Source: Rebecca billardiae RCC1528 (taxonomy: Eukaryota; Protista; Haptophyta). From it: a stretch of DNA of 64,000 nucleotides. The notes beneath the pieces were generated by a model that was given only the letters and a program-made list of their open reading frames with translations, was not told where the DNA came from and ran no database searches. Shown here in pieces: positions 51,820 to 64,000 of this stretch. The stretch spans positions 1,860,001-1,924,000 of the forward strand of contig OZ251226.1 in the NCBI GenBank assembly GCA_965240325.2, read 5' to 3'. Position numbers and translations under genes: made by a program. The number at the start of each line of letters is the position of its first letter. The stretch's first letter is position 1.

Positions 51820-53775
51820 TTAGTGGAGCGGGCCTGCAAGGGGCGGCACCTGCGTCACGCGCTGCGGCGTCGGCTGTGGTAGCGCATCCGGGTCGTGCAC
51901 GCCGAGGCCGAGCGCTGCCAGCTGCCTGCCGCATGCGTACGCAGCGCCATCCGCAGTGACGAACAGCGCGTGGGTTCTGCAGAGCGAGCATGCCCACACG
52001 TGCTCGTCAGCAAGTGCGTCCACCCGCCCGGGAGACGCCCACCCGGCGATGGAGGCCATTTCGACATCCTGCCCACCGACACGCAGAGCCCGCCCAAAAT
52101 GGAATTCGGTGGTGTGGCCTCCGATGGTGCCGAGCCCCAGCTGGCCGTACAGGTTGTCCCCAAACGTGTGCACGCTGCCGTCTTCGCCCAGCACCACGCT
52201 GCTGGACCAGCCCGCCCCGGCGCGGACGGCGCGCACTCCCGCCAGCGCGGCGATGCGTGAGGGCAGTAGACGACCCAAGCGGTCGTCATGCCCGAGCTCG
52301 CCTAAATAGTCCTGCCCAACCGAGTACACGGCTCCTTCTGCGTCCACCACCAGGCTGTGCCCAGCGCCCGCGCTCACGTGCACGGCGCGCACGCCCGCAA
52401 GCGCCTCGATGCGCCTCGGCGTGTGTGAGTAGCGCTGGTCGCCGTGGCCGATCGCGCCGTTGTATCCGGCCCCGTAGACGGCGCCGTGTATCGAGAGCAG
52501 CAGCGTGTGCCCATGCCCAGCAGCCACTCCGCCCACGCGCACGCCGTCCAGCGCCTCGATGCGCGTCGGCTCCCACCGCTCCTCCGTGTCGCCGTGGCCG
52601 AGCTGGCCGTCATAGTTTTCACCCCAGCTGTATGCGCAGCCAGCGGCAGTGAGGGCGAAGCTGCGTTCAGCGGCAGCCGAAATACTCACAACGACAGTAG
52701 CGCGCAAGTGAACAAGCGGAGCGAATGTTATCCGCTCATCCCCGTCCCCCAGCCCCAGCTGGCCGTACTGGTTGTCGCCGCAGCCGTACACGGCGCCGGC
52801 ATCGCTCAGTGCGAGCAGGTGGTTCCAGCCAGCGGCCACCGCAATCACGCGCACCGCGCCGAGAGAGGAGGCGAGCGTCGGCACCCGCATCGGCAGCAAG
52901 AAGTCTGCACAGCCGGTTCCCATATGCGGTACAATCTCGCCCGTTGGCCCGTCCTCGTCCTCTAGCTCCTCCTCGCCGCACGTGTGCAGCCCGCCCTCCG
53001 CGTCCACAAACGCGCTGAAGCAGTGCTCGTCTTGCCCGCTGGCGGCCACGACGTTCAGGTGCGCCTGCGCGAGCTCGAGCACGTGCTCGCGAGCGAACAG
53101 CTCCTCCGTCCACGTACAGGCGCCCACGGGTAGCGTCGGCGGCAGCGCGCGATCGTGGCCGCGCGCGCGTGCGCGATCGCGCAGCGCATGCTCGACAGGC
53201 GAGCGCTTGCCGGGCGCGCCGCGGAAGAGGCGCGCCGTAGCGTTCGCGGCGGCGAGGTCACGCGTGCGGCTGAGGTGTACCAACAGGCGCGAGACCAGCT
53301 TGGACGGCAGGTCGGTCAGCAGCCGCGCTCCCGGGTGCGCCTCGTCATCATGCTCGTCGGGCAACGCGGCCGCTGCTGCCGCCATATCGTGCTCACCGCA
53401 CCGTACAGACGACGTGCCTGGAGGGCGAGTCGGCGGCACAGACTCGTCGGAGAGCGGGCGGAGGTTGGCCGGGCGGATGGCGAGGCGGGCCGCGGGCGCC
53501 GGGTCCGCGCCGGTGCGCGCATCGTCCAGCTCGACGGGCCAGCGCCCGGCCGCGGTGAGCGGGCCGACGATCTGCCCCGGCCGGCCGTTGAATTCGGGCC
53601 GGCTCACGAGGTTGGCGACGCGCACGCGCGGCGAGCAGAAGTGGGCGATGAGGTCGTTGAGCGCATCCAGCGTGACGCGGCCCTGCTGCAGCTCCGAGAG
53701 CTCGGCCTCGTCGAGCCCGCCCATCGCGAGCGCTGCGCGCGCGAAGGCGTCGAACGCGGTCTTGTCATCAGCCAT
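51820..53775 (-). CDS. RCC1-repeat protein with F-box-like segment (paralogue of 12836-14374)
   Basis: Repeats such as GDNQYGQLGLGD and YSWGENYDGQLGHGD; F-box-like LTDLPSKLVSRLL. Confidence 0.85.
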   Translation of the reverse strand: MADDKTAFDAFARAALAMGGLDEAELSELQQGRVTLDALNDLIAHFCSPRVRVANLVSRPEFNGRPGQIVGPLTAAGRWPVELDDARTGADPAPAARLAIRPANLRPLSDESVPPTRPPGTSSVRCGEHDMAAAAAALPDEHDDEAHPGARLLTDLPSKLVSRLLVHLSRTRDLAAANATARLFRGAPGKRSPVEHALRDRARARGHDRALPPTLPVGACTWTEELFAREHVLELAQAHLNVVAASGQDEHCFSAFVDAEGGLHTCGEEELEDEDGPTGEIVPHMGTGCADFLLPMRVPTLASSLGAVRVIAVAAGWNHLLALSDAGAVYGCGDNQYGQLGLGDGDERITFAPLVHLRATVVVSISAAAERSFALTAAGCAYSWGENYDGQLGHGDTEERWEPTRIEALDGVRVGGVAAGHGHTLLLSIHGAVYGAGYNGAIGHGDQRYSHTPRRIEALAGVRAVHVSAGAGHSLVVDAEGAVYSVGQDYLGELGHDDRLGRLLPSRIAALAGVRAVRAGAGWSSSVVLGEDGSVHTFGDNLYGQLGLGTIGGHTTEFHFGRALRVGGQDVEMASIAGWASPGRVDALADEHVWACSLCRTHALFVTADGAAYACGRQLAALGLGVHDPDALPQPTPQRVTQVPPLAGPLH

Positions 53776-54166
53776 GGTCGGACGTGAACGCTACGAGGGT
53801 GAGCGCCGATTTCAGATTCGCCGAGCAGTCTTTTCGCGGGCCCCTGCGAAGGGGTTTTGCCCCGCTGCGGCGCGCGTGACCCGGACTGCCACTGCCGCGT
53901 GCAGCAAGCACTGCTGCGGCCCCGGCCGGCCCGCCGCACGGCCGGCGGGGAAGGAAGTCGGGGTTTCATTCTCACCCGCACAGGGCAAGGAGGACTGGTG
54001 CCGCCACCCATCTCGGTTTCAATCCCGTTTCATCAGCATGCTGCGACGCGATGGCATATCACTTATAATTCAATGACGACACTACTCGTGTTGCCATCAT
54101 CGTCACTCATCACTCATCAGCATGCTGCGCGCAGCCTTACGACGGCCGGCGCGCATCAGTTATAAT

Positions 54167-55505
54167 TCAGGAGGGCCGAGGGCGGGGCGCCCCGCCCGCG
54201 GCCGCGGCCCCGGCGCCGCCTTCGAACAGCAGCCTGCACAGCTCGGCCGCGAGCCGGCGCGCCTCGGCGGACTCGTCGATAGTCGCGATCCCGCGGAGGG
54301 CCTGGTGCACGGCGCGCAGCGTGCCCTCCGCGTCGTCGCCCCAGCCCGCCGGGTCCTCCGCGGCGGCGGTGACGGCTGAGCCGAGCAGCTTGAGAGCGCC
54401 GACGCGCACGGCGGCGCGCGGGTCGGCCGTGCGCGCGAGCGCGAGGGCGAGCAGCTGCCGCGCGGCGTGTGGGTTGAGGGCGCGGCGCGCGTGGTAGGTG
54501 CACGCGAAGAGCGCGCTGAGGAGCGCCGCGCCCGCCGCCTCGCCGAGCGCCGAGCGCGCCTCCGCGTCGCGCGCCGCAGCGGCCGCGGCCGCGTCCGCCT
54601 CACACGCCGCCATCATCGGCTCGAGCAGTTGGCGGCTGAGCGCGCTGACCCGGTGCGCGGAGTGCTGCGCGCACATCTGCACGGCGCGCGTGAGCACGTT
54701 GGCGCAGCACACGCGCAGCTGCGCCGGCGGCGGCGCGCCGCCCGCGCCGCCGCCCGCGCCGCCCAGGCCGCTCAGAACCGCCGGCAGCAACTCGCTCAGC
54801 AGCGCGTCCGCGCGCGCGCCCTCCGCGGCGCACGCGGCGCACAGCAGGCCGGCGACGGCGTCGATGGCACCGCGCTGCGTGCGCTCCAGCTCGAGGGTGA
54901 GCGCGGCATGATCCTCGTCGCCCCCGCCCAGATCGGCCGGCGTGGCGCGGAGCAGGCACAGGCAGTCCGGTAGAAGTCCGGGGCCGAGCACGCGCACGCA
55001 CGCCGCCTCGTGCGCGGCGTAGGCGTGGCACACGGCGAACAGGCCGAGGCGGCAGTCGGCGAGGAGGAGCGTCGCAGGGCGCGCGCTCCGCCCTGGCGGC
55101 GCCGCGGCGTCGGCGTCGTCGGCCTCGCGCGCCAAGGCGCCGCCGGCGCCGCCCACCAGCGCCGCCGCGCGGCGCACCGGCGCGAGCGCGCGCGCGCGCG
55201 CGCGCGCCGGCGGCAGCCGCCCTAGCAGCGTCGCGGCGAGGCGGCGGACGTCCGGCAGCTCGGTTTCGTCATCGAGATGGCGGCCGAGCACGGCGAGGAG
55301 CTCGAGAACGAGCGGCTCGTGATCGCCGAGGTCCGCGCCGTCGCCGTCGTCGGCGTCGTCGTCGTCCGCCGCCGCCGCGTCGCCGCCGCCCTCCGCCGCC
55401 GCCGCGTCGCACAGCGCAATGGCGGCCGCTGTGGCCGCGGCCGGAGCGGCGGCGGGCGCGGCGGCGGGCGCGGCGGCGGGCGCGGCGGCGGGCGCGGCGG
55501 CGGGC

Positions 55506-55539
<34 letters not shown>

Positions 55540-55725
55540 GCGCGGCGGCGGGCGCGGCGGCGGCTCGCGGCGCGGCGCGGCGCCGCCAGAGGTCGATTGG
55601 AAGCGCGGCGAGGACGAGCAGAGGGCGCAGCGAGTAGAGCGTGCTGCTCGAGCGCGCGCGCGCGGCCATGCGCGCGCGGCCGAGCGCCACGTTGATCACG
55701 GCGCGCGCACCCGCCATGCGCGCGC

Positions 55726-55769
<44 letters not shown>

Positions 55770-55992
55770 GCGTGCGCGACAGCGCGCAGCAGTGCGATTG
55801 ATGAGCCTTCAGTCTCGTCAGCGAGCGCCTTGCGCGCGATCACGGTGAGCGCGGCGGCGCTCGCGCGCGGGCCGAGCGTGCGCGCCCAGCGCTCCGCCAG
55901 CCGCTGCAGCCGCTCCTGAAACCGCTGCTGCTCGCGCTCGGAGGGCTTGGCGCCGCCGCCGCCGCCTTCGCCGCCTTCGCCGCCTTCGCCGC

Positions 55993-56023
<31 letters not shown>

Positions 56024-58063
56024 GACAGCGCCGGCGGCGCCGCCCGCGGGCGCGACCGCCGAGGCCGACGCGCTGGGCGAGCGCGGGCCGCTAGCCCACG
56101 TCGGCGCGGCGCTCGGCGGCACGAGCCCGTCGCGCGCGCAGTCCACGAGCGCCTCCGCAGCGGCGCTCGCCGCGCGCGCCTCCGCTTCCGAGGCGGCGGC
56201 GGCGGCGGCGGCGGCCGCGTCGACCGCCGCCGCCGCCTCGTCCGCCGCTCCGGGCGCGGCCTCGCCGTGCGGGCTCGGCGCGGGTTCCGCGGCCTCGGGC
56301 GTCGGCGCGCGCGCGTCCGCCGCGAGCGAGCGCAGCGCCGCCTCCTCCGCCGACGCGCGCACGCCCGCGCGCGCGTCGCACAGCGAGCGCGCCAGCCGCG
56401 GCAGCGCGTACGCTGGGTGCAGGGCACCGAGCGCGGCGCAGGCGAGCGCGCGCGTGTGCAGGCAGCCGGCCTCGGCGGCGAGCCGCGGGGCGAGCGCGTC
56501 GGCGAGGCGGTGCTGCAGCGCGGGCGGCGCCAGGCCGGGCGCGGGCACGCACAGCGCCGCGCGCGCCACGCGCAGCGCGTTCTGCCGCTGCACTCTCACC
56601 GGTGAGCTGAGTTTAGTCGACAGCTCGGGCGCGACGACGGAAAAGAAATCGGCGCATAATTCGGCCAGGAATTGGACCGCCATGTCCGAGGCGCGGTCGG
56701 TGGCCTGGAGCAGCCCCATCAGGCTCTCGACGAGCGCGGCCGCGCGCGCCCCGCCCCCGCGCCCCGCACCGCCCTCGCCGCCGCCCTCGCACGCGAGCGG
56801 CAGCAGCCGCCGCGCCAGCGCCACAGGGAGCTCGGCAGTTGAGATTGCACCGAGATGCGCACTCGCCGTGAACAGAGCGTGGCACAGCGAGGGAGGCTCG
56901 GCGAGCGCGGCGCGGAGCTCGGCGGGCGTGCGCGCGCCGAGCGCGAGGCCGATGCAGCACAGCGCCGCGTGCGACTCCGCCGCGGGCACGCCCGCCGCGC
57001 CCTCCCCGCCGCCCTCCACGCCGAGCGCGCGCGCCCAGCCGGCAAGGCGTGAGCCGAGAGGCGCGCCGCCGTCGCCGCCGTCGCCGGCCGCGCCCGCGAG
57101 AGGAAGGAGGAGGGGGCTCGCCTCGGCCCAGAGGCGCGCGGCCGCCTGCAGCCGGTCGGCCTCGCTCGCGCCCTCGCCAATCGGCGCCGACGCCGCCCCG
57201 TCCCGACCGCTCGCCGTCGCGCACTCGACGCCCGCGCCCACACCCGCGCCCGCGCGTGCGCGCGCGAGCGCGCCCTGCGCGCGCGCGCAGCTGTCCAGGG
57301 CTGCTGCGACGTGATTGGCCGCCGCGACGAAGAGCGGGAAGCCGGGGGCGTGCCAGCCGCCGAGCTCGCGCGCGAGGCGCGCGAGGGCCGCGTACGGCGG
57401 CACGCCCTCCTCCGCGCCGCGCCCGTCCGCGCGCGCCGCCCGCGCGCACCAGCCGCTCGAAACGGCGAGTGCCAGCTCTGCGGCGCGCGCGTGCAGGAGC
57501 GCGGGCGCTCGCGCGCGCGCGCGCGCGCATGCGAGCGCGCACAGCGGCTCGAGGAGGGACGAGAGCGCGGACTGCACGGCGCGCGCGCCGTGCTGCGCGC
57601 CGCCGCCGAACGCACGGCGCTGCTCGACGAGCAGCGCCGCGTGCAGCGCCTCGAGCAGGCGCAGCTGTGCGCTCGGATCTCCGGAGTCATGGCCGGGCGC
57701 CAGCGCAGCGGCGCACGCGGCGCGTGTCGCGCCCGGATCGGCGGCGAGCGCCCAGCGCAGCAGGTGCGCGACGCGAAGCGCGCGAAGAGCGCATCCCTCG
57801 GGCTCGGCGCTCTCGGCGCGGCTCACGTCCTCGATCACGCGCGCGAGCGTGGCCACGCGATCCGCGTCGGTGCGCACGGCGCACAGCCGCGCCCGAAGCG
57901 CGCGAAGGCCGTCGGTGAGCGCGACGGCGGCGGTCGGGAGGCCCGTCGGGTCCGACGCGGCGACGGCGGAGGACCCCGCGCCACCGACCGCGGCCTCCTC
58001 CACCGCTGCCGCCCACACCACTGCCGGGTGCGCCTCGACCAGGGCGCGCGCCACGTCCGCCAT
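54167..58063 (-). CDS. ARM/HEAT-repeat protein
   Basis: 1298-aa Ala/Leu-rich helical ORF with HEAT-like VRxxA motifs (DARAGVRASAE, DVRRLAATLLGRL, RAAVRVGALKLL). Confidence 0.65.
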
Positions 58064-58427
58064 GCTTCTTGATCCGGGTCGTCCTTGGCGCGCTCCCTCG
58101 ATCTGTTTTTATTTTTGGGTTGGGTGAACCGCCGCGCCGCTGCAAGTTTAAATAGGCGCTGGTCTCCGCCGCCGCCGCCTCGGCGCGATGTGATAGGTCG
58201 CCGTGGAACGGCTTCCAACGACGTGGCGCTGCCCTTAGATGCGATTAATACAGAATTAACGGCGCCTAGTACTTGCAACGACTACGACACAAATGAGAAA
58301 GTCTGTTCGCGGGCCAATTGGATGCGCGCATCTTTTCGATGCGACGCGCGAAGGTGGTCGTGCGCCAGCGTGCGCCGTGCGGCGAACCAGTCCCAGGTTG
58401 TCGGCTCGAGTTTCGTGGGGGATCGAG

Positions 58428-58823
58428 ATGCACGACATGCTCTTCGTGGGTGGCGCCTTCGATGGCGACATGGTGGGCGTGGCGGCGGCGGCCACGGCGC
58501 CATTCGGTCTCGACGCGGCCGACCTGATGCACGGCCCGGAGCTGGACACATTTCTTGGCGCCGTCCCGCGCGCACATGGCGTGCTAACCGAGAAGAGCAA
58601 GTCGCGCAAGGAAAAACGGCGCGACAAGCACGCGGACTCGCCGTTCGACGACGGGTTGGGCATGCCGAACCTGGCGGCGGAGAACCTAGATGGCTTCTCG
58701 ATGGGAACCGAGAAGCAACGGCGCGTCTACTCCGACAAAGTGCTGGAAGGGAAGGACTGCGGCGCGTTGGGCTTCCACGGGCTGAGGGAGCGGTATGGCG
58801 GCAAGTGGCACTGCGTGTTCTGA
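58428..58823 (+). CDS. Hypothetical small protein
   Basis: Coding-like composition in ORF 58293..58823; start and exon structure uncertain. Confidence 0.3.
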   Translation: MHDMLFVGGAFDGDMVGVAAAATAPFGLDAADLMHGPELDTFLGAVPRAHGVLTEKSKSRKEKRRDKHADSPFDDGLGMPNLAAENLDGFSMGTEKQRRVYSDKVLEGKDCGALGFHGLRERYGGKWHCVF

Positions 58824-61406
58824 GTGTGGTTTCAGCGTGCGAGCCCCGTCGCAGCGCGCGGCGGGGCTTGGCGAGCTGTTCGGTGCCATCGATCCCGACT
58901 GATGGCTGCCGCTCCCAGCGACCGAGCTGAGGTTTGGGGTCGGACAACAGGCTCACGCGGCGCGGACCCGCGCCGGCCGTGACGCCTGACGGGCGTGACC
59001 GCAGGCCGCCGAGTCTCCTGACCGTGCGCCGGGGGCGGCCGACTGAGTGATTCAGGCGGTCGCTGGAGTGGCAGCGTTCGGGGCCAGGGATCAAGGCAGT
59101 TCAAGTGCTAGATCGCCGCCGGTGGCGGCGGCGAGTTCCACACGGGTGCGTCGTTGAAGCTTGTGCGACTGCGCATTACTGAGACGCGAGAAACAAGTAA
59201 CAACCAGCGGCGCGTGTCACGGCGCCCGCGCGCCGCCAGTTGGCGTTTCGGGGCGACGGGCGGGGCTTTCAGTTAGTCAAACAGAGTCCAAAGGGTCCAG
59301 TCACTTTGCGAAAGGAAAACTCTGACAGTCAACTTTTTGAGACCAAGCAAACGACGAATGATTGTGACGAGACACTCTTGACCAATTCTATGATTTAAAG
59401 ACACAGGCACGAGGGCGCAGCTCTCCTGATTCGTCTGTCGAAGTACTGAATGGACCAGTGCAGACGAACGACGAGCACGACTGCCGATAAAAAAGAGACC
59501 CGCCCGTCCCGCCGTCGCACGCCCGCGATACGGTCGGGCTACGAGGCGGCGCGGGGCCTGAGCCGTCGCAGAGCCGTACGACGCCCATATCTGCGCCGCG
59601 CGCCTTCCTCGTCCTCGCCTCATCCGCGCCTTGAAGCAGCACGCACACGCACGCCTCCGCACTCAAAAGCAGTGCAAGCGCTGCGTGCAAGCTCGCGTGT
59701 GCAGCGCGCGACGTGCTCGACTCGGGGCTCGAGCCGCTGCGGTAGCATGCATCACCATCACATGCACACGACAACGTACGTTCAGATGGTGGCGGATACG
59801 TCGATGTGGATGGCCAGGTACTGCGGCCCGTCCATGCCTCTGAAGGCATTGAGCGGTGGCGAGATCGCCGAATCGCGTGGCGCAGTCCCAGAGAAGGTTG
59901 CTACCAGCCCTGGTCAGCTCGCTAGCCATGTCGGTCGATGCTCATCCCGCAATTGATAGGTGCGCACGCGTTACACGCATTCGCACGGTAGCCGCGTTGG
60001 ACGGCGGTCGCACGACTCCCGCGCAGCCAACACTGAGTGAGCCAAAGCGGCTGCGGCTTAGGGCGCGCGGGCGCGCATGGGCCATGGTGCCTGGATGACT
60101 GCGAGTCGCACGCCTATGGACGCTGTGGTGCCCAGCGCTTGCGAACTTTGCGCCATTAGCATGTGACACCTGGACGATGAAGGCGGTCCGACGCTGGCAC
60201 TGCATCAGCAGCTCACTACTCACTGACCTGCCGCTGCCACAGGAATCTGCGGCGGCGCGTCAGACGCCTCAGACGGCGAGCGCGGTGCGGGACCGTCGAC
60301 TGCGAGTCTAACGGTTCAGGCGGTTGCGCCCCCCCGCGCCAGGTGAGCCGGGCGCCTCCGCTACCCGGGCGGACCGGCGTGCCTGCACTCCGCAGTCGCG
60401 CCGTGGCCGGACGGTGGGAGCTGCCAGGCCTGGGACCCACGCGGGCCAATCGGGTCGAACCGTGGAAGCCGCCGGGTTCCGCGGTCCGGTAGTCGATCCG
60501 CGGGCCGCGGCCACCCAATGGCAGCCGCGTCCGCGCCGCCACGGGCGGCGCGGCCGCCGCGGCGGCGGTCCGCCCGACGGTCGTGATTCAAGCAGACTGA
60601 CAGTGACGGGTCTGACAGTGACTGCTAATGCTTGAAGTTGATAGTCTGATGGACTTAGGCGGTACGAATCACACTAAGCAGACGAGCTGACCTGACAATG
60701 TCTGTTATAATGTTATGTTGAGCTGACGCAGCCTGGGGCGCGCATCTCAGCAGATGGCGTCGCCGCTGGGACGTCAGGGCCGGCGCCGCACCAGGCGGGC
60801 CGGCGGCATCAGCTACGGAGCAGTGGCTGGCTCTGGCGGCGCGCGCGCGCGGCGCGCGCGGCGGCAGGAGCGCGAGCGCAGCAGCGCTGGCGCGGATCGA
60901 CGTGGACGCGGAGCGCGGACGCGGCAGCGCGGACGCGGAGCGACACGGACGCGGCGCGTGCGCGGGCGGTACGGCCCGGCGCAGCGCGGCACGGTGACGT
61001 CGCACGGGCATGGCCCGGCCGCCATCGTGGAAGCGTGTTGGAGTTCTCGAGAACGCAAACACGACCGTTTCATCCAGAAATTCATCACGGACGAGGACGT
61101 CCGGATTCAACGGGTACACGGATCCAGAAACCGTGTGCGACCAGCAGTTACGGCGGTGCGTCGGGAACACCTGTGATTGGTTGACGCACGGGGCGTGCGG
61201 CTCGGAATCATTGAGATTCCCCGAGCCGGGCCAGCAAACGCCGGGTCACCCCGCCGGAGCCGAAAAGAGCTCGGCGGGAGGTTACTTTTGCTCGTCCGAG
61301 GAGCGAGGGTCAGATTGCCTCGTGGGCGTCATCGTCGACGCGCCCGGCTACGCGCCGGTGAGCTTTTAGCAGGGCTCGACACGCTCGGAGCTCGCGTTTA
61401 CCCAAT

Positions 61407-64000
61407 ATGCATGCAGCGATCGGGAGGGATCGTACGCGCGGCGCTTTCTCATCGATCGCGCCGATGGGCACGAGCGGCCGGATGCACGGCTCGGTCGACG
61501 TGGGGATGCTCAACGACAAGGGCAATCAGCAGCGCTGGCTCGCGCAATCGGCGAGCAGGCTGGCGGCGCTTCCGGCGGGGCAAGGGGCTACGATGTCCGC
61601 ACTGAACGGCATCATCGTGACGCACGGCCCGAACGCGGAGCACCGCATCAACACGCTCGAGGAGTACAACTCGACGTGGGAGACATTCAACCCATCCGCG
61701 GCGAAGATGATCAAGGTCAGTGCCGAGCGGATGGACCTGGCGCGTGAGAACTACGCGCTGCAGCAGCGGCTGCTCGACCATCGCCACGAGCACGAGCGCC
61801 GCGAGCACGCCGAGCGCCGGGCCGCGGCGGAACGCGCGGCGGCGGCGGCGGGGGCGAGGCAGGCGCCAAGCTACGCGCAGGCTGCCTCGGCGGGCGCGGG
61901 GAGTGGTTTAGCCACTCCGGGCGGCCCGACGGCGACCGGACCGGGTTCAGGTCCGGCGGCGGGCGGCGGATCCGGAATTTTTCCGGGTCCGGCGGCCGGT
62001 ACACCCGGTCCGGGTGTGGGCACAGGCGGCGCGGCAGGTGCGCCGGCTGGGACTGACGGCGCGACGCCTGTGGGCGGCGCCGGCGTCGGCGCGGTGCCTA
62101 CGGGCGGCGCCGGCGGGATCGGTGGCGCGGCGCCCGCGGGCGGCGCTGCCGTGACGCTCGATCCGCGCGCGCGCGAGCTCTACCGCCGCGAGCGCGAGAC
62201 CGAGGAACAGATGTATGAGCGGCAGGCGAGCGAGCACGCCATGCTGGACATCAAGCTCCGACAGAGCGTGTTGGAGGCAGCGCCGGACGGCGACGAGGCG
62301 GACCCCGCCAAGTACGCCGGGGCGCAGTACGAGAAACGGACGGCTTTCTTACGCACCGAGCTGCGGTCGTGGGTGACGGAGGCTGCGTGGCAGCACATCA
62401 ACCGCCTCATGGAGACGCAGCCGGAGGTGCAGGAGGAGCGCGCGCGCCTGAGCGCACTTACGCCGGGGCGCGAGTTCCTGTACCTGTGGAAGGCGATCCT
62501 GCGCATGCGCAAGCCCGACGACATGCGGAAGTACATGTCGGTGCGGGCACGCTGGCATCGGACGGTCCTGCCGGACTGCGGCAAGGACGGCGTCGGCGCA
62601 CTCGAGCTCTTCCAGGTGCTACAGCACAACCACGTGCTGCTGCAGGAGCTGAGTGACGCAGCGCCAGCGGCGGAGATGCTTGCGCGGCTCATCGAGTTCA
62701 TTCCGCCGGTGGGCGCGGGCATCGAGATGCGGACGCGGTACGAGTCGAAGGACTACAGGACCGTGACGAACTTCGACGTGCAGGAGCTCGTGCACGAGCT
62801 CAACGGCAAGTTCGAGGACTGGGACTTCTCCAAGGGCAAGCGGGTTGACCGCGGCGGCCCTGGGCGCCCAGGGGCGGGTGGCCGCACGCCAGGAGGCGGC
62901 GGCGCTACCCGCGCGCACCCAATCGACGGGCTCCGCCTGGCGCAGGCGGCGGCGGCGTCGGCGGGTGGCGGCGGCGGCGACACGACGTCGCCGGCTGGCC
63001 GTGGTGGCGGCGGCGGAGGTCGTGGCGGTGGCGGCGGCGGCACTGGCCGCGGCGCCGGCCGCGGAGGCCAGGACGACTCCGACGACGCGCACGGGCCGCG
63101 CTGCTACAAGTGCGGCGCCGTGGGGCATATCAAGCGTTACTGCCCGCAGGTGACGCAGGCTGATCGCGACTCGAACGCTGGCGATGACGCGGCGTCGACG
63201 CGGTCGGATCGCAGCCGTGGCTCACATCGGAGCGGCGGCGGCGGTGGCGGCAGCGGTGCGGGGGGCAGCACCCGCGCCGTGGTCGGGAATGGCAACGGCG
63301 GCGGCACGGTCCGCACGCAGGTCGCGTTCGCACCCGAGCAGGGTGACGAGCCCGACGGCGCCGTTGGTGGCGACGGTGACGCTGACGCCGGAGACGGCGG
63401 CGGCGCCGGCGCCGGACTCGGCTTGGCGCCTATTGGCGCGGCTATCGGCGGCAGGGCGCAGCGCGACGAGGACGTCGAGATCGTCGCGGCGCGGGCGGCC
63501 GAGGCACGCGTGGCGCCGCCGGAGGACAACACGCGGGCGTTGGTGTTTGACACTGGCGCACGGAAGAACATCGCCATGGCCGAGGATTTGACGAATCTTA
63601 CCCCGGTGGACGGCGCATGTCAGATCGAGTGGGGGAACGGTGCGCGGGAGCGGGTCACTCACCGCGGGACCCTGGTGGTCAAGCTTGCGGCGGACGACGA
63701 CAGCGACAAGGTCCTCACGCTCGAGATCGAGGCGTGGGCGTCGCGGCGCGTCACGGCGCCGCTGCTGTCGGTCGAGCACTGCGCGGACGCAGGCATCGAG
63801 TTCCACTACTCGCAGCGCGGCAACACTGCGGACTTTACGGCGCTGGGAGGCGGCGTCGTGCAGCTGCCGCGCGATTCCACGCTGCGCGCCGAGATCGTAC
63901 GGCGCCAGGTGGGGCCGGACGTCGGCGATGCGCCGACGGAGCCGCGCGCACGGCGCAGGGCGCCAGTGCGGCGCGTGGGCGCGGGGCGGGGGCGCGTTGG
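61407..64000 (+). mobile_element. Ty1/copia LTR retrotransposon gag-pol (5' part, runs off the window)
   Basis: Open frame from ATG 61407 to the window end (absent from the ORF track, consistent with no stop). CCHC knuckle CYKCGAVGHIKRYC at 63102-63143; aspartic protease VFDTGA at 63549 followed by GNG and LLSV as in copia proteases. Confidence 0.85.

Noticed and set aside
58780-58823. ERYGGKWHCVF resembling dynein light chain KKYGPTWHCIV
   Set aside because: The match is too short and the ORF stops immediately after it.
60690-61400. 5' LTR of the copia element (TGTT starts near 60703 and 60716)
   Set aside because: The partner LTR is outside the window and no clear primer-binding site is present, so boundaries cannot be set.

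Overview
Eukaryotic nuclear DNA, very GC-rich with short (GC)n-rich GT-AG introns; probably a haptophyte-type alga (inference). Host genes include a TraB-domain protein, a RanBP2 zinc-finger protein, RRP5, two F-box/RCC1 paralogues, a CIMIP1/FAM183-like ciliary protein, a fructosamine kinase with two intronic C/D snoRNAs, a RelA/SpoT-like nucleotidyltransferase, a glycosyltransferase, a SANT plus multi-NDK-like protein, TenA, a METTL24-like methyltransferase and an ARM/HEAT protein. The centrepiece is an apparently intact ~13.9 kb endogenous Polinton-like virus (about 22358-36213). It has lower GC, no introns and 245-bp terminal inverted repeats (TIRs). It encodes a Maverick-type protein-primed PolB, a packaging ATPase, minor and major capsid proteins, a lipase, a GIY-YIG nuclease, a LamG fibre and small ORFs, but no recognisable integrase or recombinase. 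The virus appears nested inside a small TA-flanked TIR element and lies next to a second non-autonomous TIR element. A Ty1/copia gag-pol runs off the right end. All calls come from reading motifs by eye; no searches were run.
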